Shown: positions 1 through 28,400 of the stretch, piece by piece | How positions within the stretch are numbered: the first letter of the stretch is position 1 | Layout of the letters: every line of letters begins with the position of its first letter | DNA from: Chrysomallon squamiferum | Taxonomy: Eukaryota; Animalia; Mollusca | Direction: 5' to 3' | Assembly (NCBI GenBank): GCA_012295275.1 | Contig: CM022671.1 | Location: 11,594,001 to 11,658,000, forward strand | Length of the DNA stretch: 64,000 bases | Position numbers and translations under genes: made by a program | Notes under the pieces: model-generated | The model's database searches: none | Told to the model about the DNA's origin: nothing | Seen by the model: only the letters and a program-made list of their open reading frames with translations

Positions 1-1342
1 TTGACAGCTGATACAGACTGCATGTGCATGTCTGGCCTATATGTTCATTACTCTGTCCACCTGTCTATAACTGGAACAGTACCACTCCTGTGGCTTCAGC
101 ATCAAGTCCTTCATTTTCAACACCTGAGTCCAATCTATATTGTTTATGTTGATTCTATTTTGAATTTATTTTTCTAAGACATGTGAATGTTTATCAGTCT
201 GTTTGGTTATTTTGTTGTTTACCACTTGTATTATAAAAAGCAGGTGAAAGGTGTTCTTCATTCCTGGTATAATTAGGTTGGTCTGTATGGCATTTGAAAC
301 AGCAAGGGGTAAAAATTAAAACAGCTTTTGGAATTGACATTAGATTTTTGTATAAATAGTCTTGTAAAAGTAGGAAAATGTGAGATTTAAATTTGTCTTA
401 ACCTGTGTTTGTGTTCTGCAAGAGAAGTTTTTACCCAAATTTTGTGTAAGTATAGTAGTTTAATATGACTTTTTTGTGTATGTTCTGTTCTAATTTATGT
501 TATTTTTAATGAAAACATTCATTTTGTTGGAAATATGCATTTAAATACCTTTATATGTTTCTTAATTTATATGAATTGAGTAAATGTTGTAATGGGTATT
601 CAAAATAGTAAGTCAATAGAAGAAAGCTGAGATATGTTCACAGCATCACATTTATAAAGATACATGCTAATAATCAGTATTACATAGGTATATACCCAGG
701 GTTGTGTATTTACAGTAATTAATAAACATTTATTAAATAACTTTTTATATATGTATTTTGTAATCACAATGCATTAAACATACAACCATAGCTGATAAAA
801 AGAAGACAGGAAATAAAAAATAGAACAGATATATAGACTCCGGTCGTTCAGAAACACTGTAAGTGCTGCATTGTGACTCAGCAGTTGATGTCGCTGTGTT
901 CATCCAACTGAAACAGACCAGCAAGTTGGTTTACTGATGTTTACTCAGTGTCAGGTCATTTCCACACAGAACTGAGTTCATCCTGAACATTCACAACTCT
1001 TCCTACTTGTCTTCCTTGAGAAACAAAGAAATATTGATTTTTAAAAATAGTGTGTCACTGCCTGTGTCTGAAAGCACCTACACTGTGTAACTGTCAACAG
1101 GTCCCTGCCGCTAACTCACAGCTGTATCTAATGTTGCTAAAAGTCATTGTTACCACTACTTTCTTTAACATCAGGATATATCCTTTCACCTTTCTCACTG
1201 ATGTTTGTCAATTATTTTTGGAATGATTTTAGACAAGATTCTATGACTTTTCTCCAGCCATTTCCTGCTTTTATAAAATGTCATCCTTGAAGTAAAAAAA
1301 TTATATGAATGAAAGAAACAGTATGTTGTTTGCAACTGTACA

Positions 1343-1345
<3 letters not shown>

Positions 1346-1379
<34 letters not shown>
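1346..1379. repeat. (CA)n microsatellite
   Basis: Directly visible. Confidence 0.95.
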
Positions 1380-1381
<2 letters not shown>

Positions 1382-4300
1382 CAGTGATTTCTGGATATGG
1401 AGATTTGAGATGTAAAGTTTTTCAATTGCTTTTTGACTGATATATTGATTAAGTAGAATTAAGTTACAACTGATGTGCTACTTTCTTTATTTAGAGAAAT
1501 GTTGATACTATTTTGAATTTTCTTCACATCTATGTTTATATCATTTTCATTGTAGCTGTTAGTGATCTTTTTCTGACACTTTTTCTGTGTTTGAAATAAA
1601 CAAACATCAACATTCTTAACAGGATTTCAGTGAAATTAATTCAAAGAAATCACTCAGTGTCAAACTTGAATCTGACCTTAGATATTTGCCAAAGGCTTCT
1701 ACAAATTGACACAGGGCACAGTTATCTACACCAGGACATGTAGATTTGTTCTCAGTGCAAACACTATCTTATGTTGGTCAGGTGTTAGCAGGAGGCTATT
1801 ATTTATGATTTGATCACCTGTTTGTTCAGTGGATCAGCATGCCGTCTTTCTATTTACAAACATGTTCAGAGTTAGTAAAATCATCACAGGACATGCTTTA
1901 CCTCTTTTCTGTGCACAAAACTCTTAACGCACTCATTCATAAACACTGAGGAATTTGCATGTTTTCTGTTTCACAAATATGACATTACAGCAGATTCTTG
2001 CTGTTATTCAGAGAAAATAAATCATGCATTTGTGGTAGGGGATTTAATATCTCAAGTAGTCATGAATCATGAAGAGATACCCAACAGCCATAATAATTAA
2101 AATGTATTGTCTTTAAGTATTACATAATTTTTAATTTAACATTTTGGTGTTGAAATGTATATATCAATATAAAAAGTGACAAATAAATACTGAATGTAGC
2201 GTTGATTTCCAGAGTGTAATTTATATCAGAAACAGTAGACAGTAAAGTGTTACTGACTGTATATTATAAACTACTTTTGTGATCGATGAAGCAAATGTTG
2301 AGTCATCGTTTTTTTTCATGGTGTTTGTATGTCCGGGGACATGTCAGGTTTTTACAATGATTCATTTCTCAGTAATTTATTACTAAGCAAATCTTGTTTA
2401 TATACATATATCATTTACATGCACTTCATTTTTATGGGTGTCACAAAGAAACCCAAACCTGAAAACAACCCAGTGCTAACTTTAAAACATAATATAGATT
2501 ACAGTTCATTTTCATTTTAGTACCCATTTTTCATTTATCTTTTTTCTTCTTTTTTTCTCATCTTTGTCACACCTGAGCAGAAAGTCTTACACTCTGCTAA
2601 CCTTCACTATTAAATTTTCTATTTTTGTTGTATACATCATTCCTTTTATATTTGTTGTTCTTATTTCTGGTGAATTCAGAATGCACCTATGACAGGGATC
2701 ACTATCTGACCTTGTGACAGGCTCTTCTTTGGACAAATTATTTTGTGTATTCATGGGAATGCCTTTAATAAAAGACCACTACAGTTGGGGGGTCTCAGTT
2801 GCGGTCAAGAGGAGTTTGGGTATTTTCACAGCATGTGTCCATTTTCAAACAGATCAGATTCTTATGAAAAGATCTTTATAGATAGAAGAAAAATGCTATC
2901 AAGTTTAACTGAACCAGTAATCACATACTAAGATGCCTAGCTAAATTACAAATACATTCATCTCTCACTTTCTTTGACAATCATTAATATCCTTTTTCTC
3001 ATTACTTGTAATATTTATTCTGTGTTATTTCTTATGATAATTAATGACTGCTACTTGAAAACACATTTAATTTTTTTAAATTATTTTTTACCTGTTGGGC
3101 AGGTTTCAGTTTCTTTATAAGACTGACTTTTTATAAACTTGAATTCTTTTCATTAATATTTTTGTCTCCCATTTTAATTGGTGATTAAATACATTATTAA
3201 ATTAGTTTTTACAATAAATGTAGACAATTAAATCTAAAGAATATTTTTATATATCCTTATAGTGAATAAAATTAAACATAATTAATGACAAAGTCTTATT
3301 TCAGGAATTGCTTTCATGGGCCTAGTTGTATAAATAAAATTAAAAATTATAGTTATAAAATATGCATTGTTTTAATTTTGAAAGAACTATTTCATTATAA
3401 TCTTTAAAATAATAATGGTATATTTTCTTGTATTCAATCAGTGATAAATTGGCATGGTATTTTCAGACTGAAAAACTCTCTAAATCTTTACACAAACAGT
3501 TAATAAATTGAAACCTAGAATAGCAAGACCAAAGAATTGACAATGTATTATTTATTTTTAGAAAACTTGAGAATTGTATTTGTCATTACCTTTATATGTA
3601 ATGATGAAGTATCAAAGTATTACCTTGATACTTCATCATTCTTTGTCACTGCTCATGAATATTACATACTGAACATATATGCTAGAGGTGCACTATAAAT
3701 GAATTTGTTAAAGTGTTTAACATTATGTGACTAAAGTCTTGTCTTATATACAAGTAATTAATGTCAATCCTTCTCAGTATTTAATATAACTGAAATCTTA
3801 AGCATTTATCAACTTATCATCTGAACATTATATTTGAACATATCTCTGGTGACATATTAATGAAAGTGAATATGTTAAATGGCTCAGCAGTTAGCATCTG
3901 TTAGCATAGATAGGAATAGATCTCTAGTACTTAGAATCATATTCCTAGCCAAATATTTGATCTGAAGTAGCAGACACAAACACCAAGGATAATCAACTCT
4001 TGGAGGCTGCTGTTTCAGGTTCAGGGTATTGAATAATTGATTCACACTGCCGCAATTAGAATTAGTCTGGCCTTTTTACCATTCTGTCATCAGCAACATG
4101 ATGAGGAGCTATTAAAAAAATAGTTTCAGCTGCCATTGACTCGGGTTTTATGAAAGGATGATTGTTCAAGTGGGTGTTTATATTGCAGATGCATTAGTTT
4201 AGAAAATTGACAAAGATTGTTGTGTAGCCTGTCTAAGAGAGACCTCTTTTGTAATATATGTATCTGGAGTTCCAGCTGGACTCGCATTTCACTGTACTTT

Positions 4301-7300
4301 CTGATAACAGTATGAAGTTAATTGTATCCTTTCAATATAAAATGGAATTTCTCAAAAATGTTTTATAATGTGGGATTTTTGGATAACGGATAAAAAAAAA
4401 AAAATAGATGAAAACTGAACATTTTCTGTTTGAATTAATGTGAAATTTTTTTTGAAAAAGTTCTGGTAACTATTTCATGATTTATTTATTTATTTATTTC
4501 ATTTTTTTTTTTCTCTCCTTGTGTAATAATAATAATAATAGTGTAATTCATTTAAGGATTTAACATCATGCTTTTTAAAAATATTTGAAAAGTATAAATT
4601 AATATTATTTAAAACAGAAAAAGACAGGCCACTCTTGTGAGTTCTTGTAGTTAATAACATAAAGCCAGCTTAACAAAAGCCTTTACTGTTTGAATTTTCT
4701 TTTAAAAAACAAAATCCCAGGTCAGTCTCACTATCTAAATTCCATTTAAACTGTAAAGTATGCTCAGAAAAAAGTATGCTTTGTATTTTTTCTTTCATTG
4801 TTGGTGGAAAGGATTAAAGTTAGATTTGTTTATTGTGGTTACTCATTTCCATGTAATGTGATATGCAGTAAGAAGGTTAGGTACTGGCATAGGTAAGTGA
4901 AACACAAAATCATATCTCCAAGAATTCTCTATTTAGTCAGACAAAAGTGGTTTTTTTTTATTTGACTGTAAATGCATGTGTCACTACATAAAAAGCAAGA
5001 TAAAAAATACAACGAACAACAACAACAAATGAAAAATAATAAAACTCCCACAGACAAGCAGTAAATAGAAAACTCACTATATATATTTGTTGTTTTAATA
5101 CTTTATTGATCAGATTTGTATAATAACTTATAAAAGATTGTTTTAAAAGTATGTCAACACGAAATTTATTTACCAACATGTTTTACCCACACATGTACAT
5201 GTGTTCGCCATTTCTCATTAGTTCATAGGAAGTGTATATACAATAACACATAGCATAGACTAGCAGTGAATGAAAGTAGAGACAGACTGTTTTTAGTCTT
5301 TAAATAATTAATTTAGATAATGATCCCTTTTTAATACATGTATCAAATTGTTTTATTGTCCATTCATTCGTCTGTCCCTCAGATCATTTCTATCCAGTTA
5401 AATGAAAACATTTTACAATTCTTCCTTTCATTCCTCAATTCATCCTTCTGTAAAAACCTGTTTTCACAGCTTTCTGAAATGTATTCCACATAACAATCTG
5501 TCTGTGTGTCTGTCAGTTTATAAGCTTTTATCTCTGGTGCTTCATGATGTATTTTGATTGTTATTTAACTAAAGCATTCAGAATCCATCGTTACTTTAAT
5601 ATACAGTAATATTTCTGTGCAATTAATTTATTACAAGGAAAAATAATTTTAAAACATGTATATGAACATATACCATGGGTGTAGACCCATGTAAGGAGGT
5701 TTACAAATAGCTTGGTAGTGAAAGAATTTTATGTTAATATGTGTAATCAGTTGAAAATTCCCAACTGTCGGAAATCAGCCATTATCATGTTTTCAGTGTT
5801 TTCAGTGTAAATGTCATACAGACCTAATTGTGTGTGTGGATTATCAGTAACATGAAGAATTCCATCTTTGTTTCAGTTACAGGACTAGATACAATAAAGC
5901 TTTCTTTTCTTTCTTCATTTGCTTTTCTTGTTACAGAAAGAAAGATAAAAAAGTGTGTAAAGTACATAGTCATAATTTATTGAATGAAAGGTTTGAATAA
6001 CTGGGGGTGTAACATATACATTGTTTGTGCTGTTCGATTATAAAGAATAAGATATGGATGCTTGCTTTTTGATATTCTTGTTATGCACATCTATAAACAA
6101 ACTACTGTGCACTTGTTTAATATGTATTAAAGCACTAACAATGCAGGAGAAAATATCCATGTTTTAATCACTGTGTGCATGTTAATAAGTATTAGTACTT
6201 TCTGCAGATATTAAACAAAAATATAATAAATATCCCCCCCCCAAAAAAAATGATGATTTGAAAGAAAATGCTTTAATTGATTAAATAATCTGCTTAATGG
6301 AATATTAAACATTTTCTAAAGGAATTTTAGTTTTTAATTTATACTGTGATATTGTGAATATAAAATAAAAATTAAAATTAAAACTCCAAGAACAAAACCC
6401 AGCAGTTTAAAAACACTAAACTGTTAAATGTTATTTGATACCTGAACAGGAGTTGAAATTCAATGCAGGTCTTTCACTGTTAATAGGTGGCTGCCATGGT
6501 TAAATGTAACATGAACTGTTACATTGCTGTGCATCAGTAACTTGTCCACGGTGTTGTTTATAATTCAAAACAGTAAGAAAATCAATGTCTGCAGTCAAGC
6601 ATGTACTTCCCACCTAGGTAAACAAAACATTAATGATTTTTTACCTCCTCCCAGTTGCATTTAAATAGATTTGCATGTAATCATTCATTAATTTGACAGA
6701 ACATCAATATTTTGAAAATTCTTGCATTCAATTGTTTTGGAAATGATGAAGTCTTTGGCTTGGCAGCATGGTTAATTAAAATGAAAACCAGAAAAGTGCT
6801 TTAAAGAGAATGAGGTATAGTGGGTAATGAGAATAAAAATAGTTTTAAGATTAAATATCTCAGTGTGACTGCATAGTTATATTTCAGTAGCACCACTTAG
6901 CTGATCTCATTCCATCAGATATTTAATGGTATCTGGGTCAGTTCTGGGTGTAACAAGTCAGATTGGCACCAGTACATCACAGGCTAAGAATAACAAAAAA
7001 TCAATATTGAACCTAATGAAAGGATAATGCCATGAACTGCAGAACGGAAGTGGGGCATTGCATTATGAAAGTTATTGTAATGAGTCTTTATTTCTTATAA
7101 ACATGGTTTTTATTCATCTGTTATTGTTATTATTATGATTTTGTGTAATAAACCAGCATCTGTTGTTCAAAGTAGTAATGTTCAAACAATACAGTCACAA
7201 ATGTAATGGAAACATAAATTATTAAATAGTATTAAGGAAATAAGATCTAATCTTTCTAGATCAATATAAAATGTTAAAAAATATTTGTATTTTAGATAAC

Positions 7301-7708
7301 TGTGGAAAATCTGAATTATTGTAAGCTCTTAGCCTGGAACAAAACCAAAACCTGTGTGTTCCAGACTACAATCATAGAAGAAAAAATCCATACCAAGTCA
7401 AGAACTCATAAATTTTTAGATTGCTCTATTCAAAAAATGTATGTTAGATTCTGAGAGGTTGGGGGGTGTGTGTAAGTATAAAAAGCAGTTTTTCAAGGAA
7501 GAAGGAAAAAATACCTGCATATTCAAAATCTAATTTGTATTTCAACACACAAAAAAAAAAAAAAAAAAAAAAAAATTCTTTATGCTGGCAGCCAAATTGA
7601 AAATATATGTTTAGCATTCATTTAAGTTTGGAATGTTAATAAGAACTCTCATGGTTTTTTTTTAAATATTTACTTCATGAAGTATTAAGTGACAGGTATT
7701 ATGGTTAG

Positions 7709-7722
7709 GTCACCATAGCAAC
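7709..7722. promoter_or_regulatory. RFX X-box motif
   Basis: GTCACCATAGCAAC fits GTHNYY-AT-RRNAAC at all 14 positions; ~490 bp upstream of the first coding exon. Confidence 0.35.
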
Positions 7723-8255
7723 AAACTGCAAAATACAAGACAGCGTTGTTTTAAACGTGATAGTTTCATTTTGAGGTTTAGAGAAATTCTTTGACATTAA
7801 AGACAGTTGGTGAGTGCATTAATCAAATGTCAGGTGTAAACATTAAGTCTGAAGAACATCACAAGATTCTTTAACACATAAAAAAGCTTACCTGACAAAT
7901 ATTGTGACAGGTGAGATTTACTTGTGCACTTCTGCATTTCTTTTCACCTGGTCACACATACATAATTATACTTGCTGTTAAAAGTACTGTGCACATTATT
8001 TTTGTGGCTTTCATTTCTCATGCAAATTATTTTCAGATTTATTAAGTAATTTATCAATATATATACATTTTATTTCAGTATGATTTTTTCATTTTCTCAA
8101 ATTGGCTAAAAATAAATTGCAAGAAATGTATGAAAATATATTTATTTTCTTCCATAGATAACCCAACAATGTAAGTAATCAGTAGTAATGTTGTTTTTGT
8201 TTGTTGACAGGTATTTTTGTGAATGCAGCTTCTGTAGCTCAATGATCAAGACAAG

Positions 8256-23697
<15,442 letters not shown>

Positions 23698-25023
23698 ACT
23701 GAAGTTCTTACTGGATCTGATTTGTGAAACTGCTTTATGTTTTTGTTTTACAATAACAGGATGTGTCATATGGCAGGAAGGGTAATTAATTAAACTATAT
23801 TTCAAGATGATTGAAAATATGTGACATTCCATAACTGCATTAAAAAACAAACTTACTTGAACCTCATTTTAAATTCTGAAATGATTGGATGCCAAAATGA
23901 AAGGATATGATCAGATACATTGCATCAACAGCTTGGATGTTGATTATTTGCTGGAAAAAAGGAAATAGATTGTATGGAAAGGATAAAGAGGATTCTTTTG
24001 TGCAATATTTTGTGCTGTAATCTTTACAGACTAAATTTAAAAAATGAAATTTTTTTAGCAGAACTGGGTCCATTTGTTGTCTTCCCAGTCGCAGAAATTG
24101 GAGTACAAACGAGGGAATGAAATTTTTTCCATTTACTTTGATTTGACTTGATTTGCCTTATGGTTGGTAGGATACACAAGTTTTTAAATGATCATCTTGC
24201 AATTGATATGACTATTAATGACAGATTATTTTTTACAAATTTTAATAATTTTCATGACAAATTATATTTTATTCTCAAGTATTCTGCAAAGTGATGCAAG
24301 TTAGTTCTTTCTGTTGACTCAAAGCTAATGATGTAGTTTTAGTTGAGTAATATATTGGTTGTGAAAGTTATGCTTCTGTGTATATTGTAGTTCTTAACAA
24401 CCATTAATATATTGCTGTGTTACTGAGCTTGAGATGTATATACCTAAAATGTGTATCTGTGCAAGGAAACCATTGACTTGTTAGATAGTTTGATGTCTTT
24501 GTGTAGATCACTGAAAATAATGGAAGTATTATTGTTTAGTAACTGATCAGCAGAAGTCTTCTGAATATGACAAGTTATAAACTAATGTTCACCAATTTCA
24601 CTATGAACAGCTGCAAGTTTCACAAACAACTACTACACAGTTTGTGAAACATTTTTGCAACTAATATTAACTGTTTCAAACTTCCACATGCCCTGCACAG
24701 ATACCTGTAAAGATTAAATATTGTCACAGATCATACATGCTAACGTCACTCTATTGAAAATCACAACCACTATTATGTTATAAAACTGCAAATATCCTGC
24801 ATTTTCAAGTTTGAGTTTGGTTAGGGTTTTGAAACCAGCCATCTTAGAAAAATAATAGTCTGAAATTAGATTAATTGCTGAAGAAAACACTCGAAGGCAG
24901 CAAAACCAGACTTTATTATGGATTAATTATAGATAGTAAAATAGTTACAAATGTCTTATCAGACTAACTACAGATGTTTTCTTATTTAGTATTCAGCATC
25001 ATTTAAAGGTGCTTTTAGAAATC

Positions 25024-25445
25024 ATAGTAAATATGATTTGAAATCAATTTAAATATAGTGAATATGATTTGAAATCAATTTAAATACAGTAAATAATGAA
25101 TTAAGAAATTTGATAAATTATTTACAGATTTGACAATGACATTCTTTAATACTGTATATGTCTTAATCAATAAAATTATTGTCAAAGCTGATAATTTTAA
25201 ACTCCATGTCATTTAAACATTGTTTATACATTTTTGTGTGTTACAATTATAGTAAATATGATTTGAAATCAATTTAAATATAGTAAATAATGAATTAAGA
25301 AATTTGATAAATTATTTACAGATTTGACAATGACATTCTTTAATACTGTATATGTCTTAATCATTAAAGTTATTGTCAAAGCTGATAATTTTAAACTCCC
25401 ATGTCATTTAAACATTGTTTATACATTTTTGTGTGTTACAATTAT
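25024..25445. repeat. 194-bp tandem duplication plus a 31-bp duplication in the presumed 3' UTR
   Basis: TAATGAATTAAG at 25094 and 25288 with near-identical flanks; ATAGTAAATATGATTTGAAATCAATTTAAAT repeated at 25024 and 25055. Confidence 0.9.
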
Positions 25446-28400
25446 TTTTGATTAAGATAACAATTATGAACTTTCTTTCTAATATTTGTTTTTATAAAGA
25501 TTTAAAAAATTAATTTTATAGATTCAAAAGTTGACTAGGTAAGACTTGGTATGTCTGTTCTGTTCAGTTCACAAAACGTAACTACTGGACAGACTGCTTA
25601 CAGCAAGTTTACAGATGTTTCACAGCTCACAGTGAAGTCATCATCTGTACATTGTTAATCACTCGGTGTTAAAAAAATACCAGTATTTTACAATATAAAT
25701 AATTAGTTTACTTCATGTCCAACAATATAATAATGCATTTGTATTTAACACATATAACCCTCCTTTACCTTCATTGTTTTTGAAGTGATTACTTTGTACA
25801 AAGTGCTTTGTTTATTAAAATAGCTCATTGAACCAAACATATTATCAACTGTTTAAAACAATCCTAGGTTTCATTCTTTTAATTTCATTTCTATTTTTCA
25901 AACCTAAGTGCAATAGGTGTAAATATTTTCCACTGCCATGTTGCATAATATTGGAATCATCCAATCATAACTGACTTTGCTTTAGTTTTGTAAAATAACC
26001 AATTGTAAGTGATGTTGCAGTTTCCAGTACAGTAACCATTCATAGTTACATTAGTTGCTTTTTACATTTCTCAGTTTTTATTTTGTTTTAGAAAAATGTT
26101 ATTATAATTTTAATTTGATTTTGGATTGTAACACATTTTGCAGTGTTTCCATGATAAACATTCAAAGTTTTTTCTTACAAACCAAAGCAAGAAAACACCC
26201 ATCTTTTTTTGAATTTAAGGAAGAAACTCTTTTAGCCTTGCCATTTTAATAAGATATATGCATTTTTGCATTTATGGAAATAACATTTTAATTATTATAA
26301 TTAATAATAATATTTTTTGCACTTTCTTTTTTTTTAAAGTTGCTTTTAGTCCATTTCATTTCATATCTACCTCCTTTTTTTTATTGGTGGAATCTGCATT
26401 TCAATTTTTTAAATTTTATTATGATTTATTATTTTATCTTTTTATTTTATTTCATTATTATTTCCTTTTATATTTTATTTTATTTGCCTGTTATTTTTTT
26501 AAGTTTTAGTTTTATTGAATGAGTTGGATAGATGTGCCAAATTTTTGCATTCCTTTGTTTGGATGTACATTTCCAGTATTGTAGTGTTTAGTTCAACATT
26601 TTAACATTTTCATCCACCTTTTTCAAATAAATGTTTGAAGCACAAAATAGAAATAAAAAATAAATTTTTCTTTGAAATAGAAAAGTGAAATAGGGATTTA
26701 CATTAAAGAAGAGGTACTTGATATTTGAATAAGTTAATTTCAGTTTAAAAGCATAATGAAATCAACATTATTTAGTTAATTGTCCAGTTTAAATTATTTT
26801 ATTATTTTATTATTATCGGGTCTTTCCTGAAATAATGTGTGTCAGGGCTTCTTTTTTGTTTGTTGGTTTTTTTATGAAAGAAAGTAAAATGAAATAAATA
26901 AAGAAAAGAAAAACAGTTTTAGAAATTGTAAAGTACATGGTCATACAGATGCAAAAATATTTTCAGACTTGATGGAAATGTGATGTGAAAGTGTTAAAAT
27001 CTTTAGAAATATATACCCAGTAGAATTTAATTAACAAATTCAGTTTAGGTTTTTTAGTTGAACAGTTATTTAAAATAATTTAATATAATTAATCTTGTGT
27101 TGTTTTGTTTGTTTTATATGAATGTGTATTATAATTTCATGTACATCACAGTTAGATTGATTTTTTTTATTTCTGTTAATTTTTTAAAAGTCCTCTTATG
27201 GTAGCTGTAGATGTCCTCCGTGATGGAAAGTGAGAAAGAGAAAAAGGTGTGACTGATTTGGCTGGAACTCAGATCTGATACATCAGTCAATTTAAATACT
27301 AGCTTGCCTTTTGTATAAAATGTCACTCTTTAGACTTCACTTTTTACATTCTGAATAGCACTTAGTACAAAGACAAAATTTATTCAAAAAAGAAAAAAAA
27401 AATCATGAACAATATTTAATTATTTTTACTTGGACCAAAATATTTTGAAAAAAAAAATAAGATGATAAAAAATATATGGTATTTTGCCATTATTTGAATC
27501 AGCTTTTTCATGCTTTTATCCATTGACATCAAAAGATGAATATATTGGTCATGGCTCAAATAATATAATATCATGTGACATTTCAAAGCCAGTTCAATCT
27601 TCAAGATAAACGGAAATACAAAATCGACAGTGGATCAATTTTAGATTAGGATTGCTTAATTATGTGAATATAAATAAAAGTGGAATTTTGAAATACTTTA
27701 TTGTGAACGTCCCCCATTTCCTTGCCAGTGAGTGCTATGTTTTTTTTTATTATTATATTCTTTGAAGTAAAATAGATTAAAATGTCTTGGGTGACGAACA
27801 AATGATTTGAAGCATTTACATTTTTCTCTTTATAATTATTTCATTTATTGAATCTTGTGTCTTATTTGCATACATTCATGTTTGTAGAGGATTTTCTCTT
27901 TTATAATTTGTTTTACAACTTCTTTCTGTAACAACTTTGATACTACTTTATGATCATGATTGAGTCAACTGGAACAAACATTTTACTTGACTCAGTCTTT
28001 TGAAGTTTTTTGAACAGCAAGAAGCAGAAAGATCAGATTTGTTTTAATACGTGCATAATAATTACTCATTCTGCAGCAATTACTGTGTGTGTGCGTGTGT
28101 GTGTGTAATCATCTGTATTTTATATCCCACTGTTTTTGTATGAGCTGTTTTCATCTAGAAGAAATATCAAGAAAAAACTTACAGATAAAATAGTCTTTTT
28201 GTTTTAAATTTATTAATTATGTTTTATTCATTATATTGCTTAATCATTCACCACAGTGATAATTGTATTACCACATGTTTAATACCACAAACGAAATAAT
28301 GTCATATGAGACCCAGAAGTGCATCAGATAAACATTTTTAAAATTGCAACAAAAAAGATATTATCTTTGATTAAGTAAGACATGTGCCTAAGAAATCTGT

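Noticed and set aside
3880-3960. A-box-like TGGCTCAGCAGTT suggesting a tRNA or SINE
   Set aside because: No convincing B-box or cloverleaf; too decayed to call.
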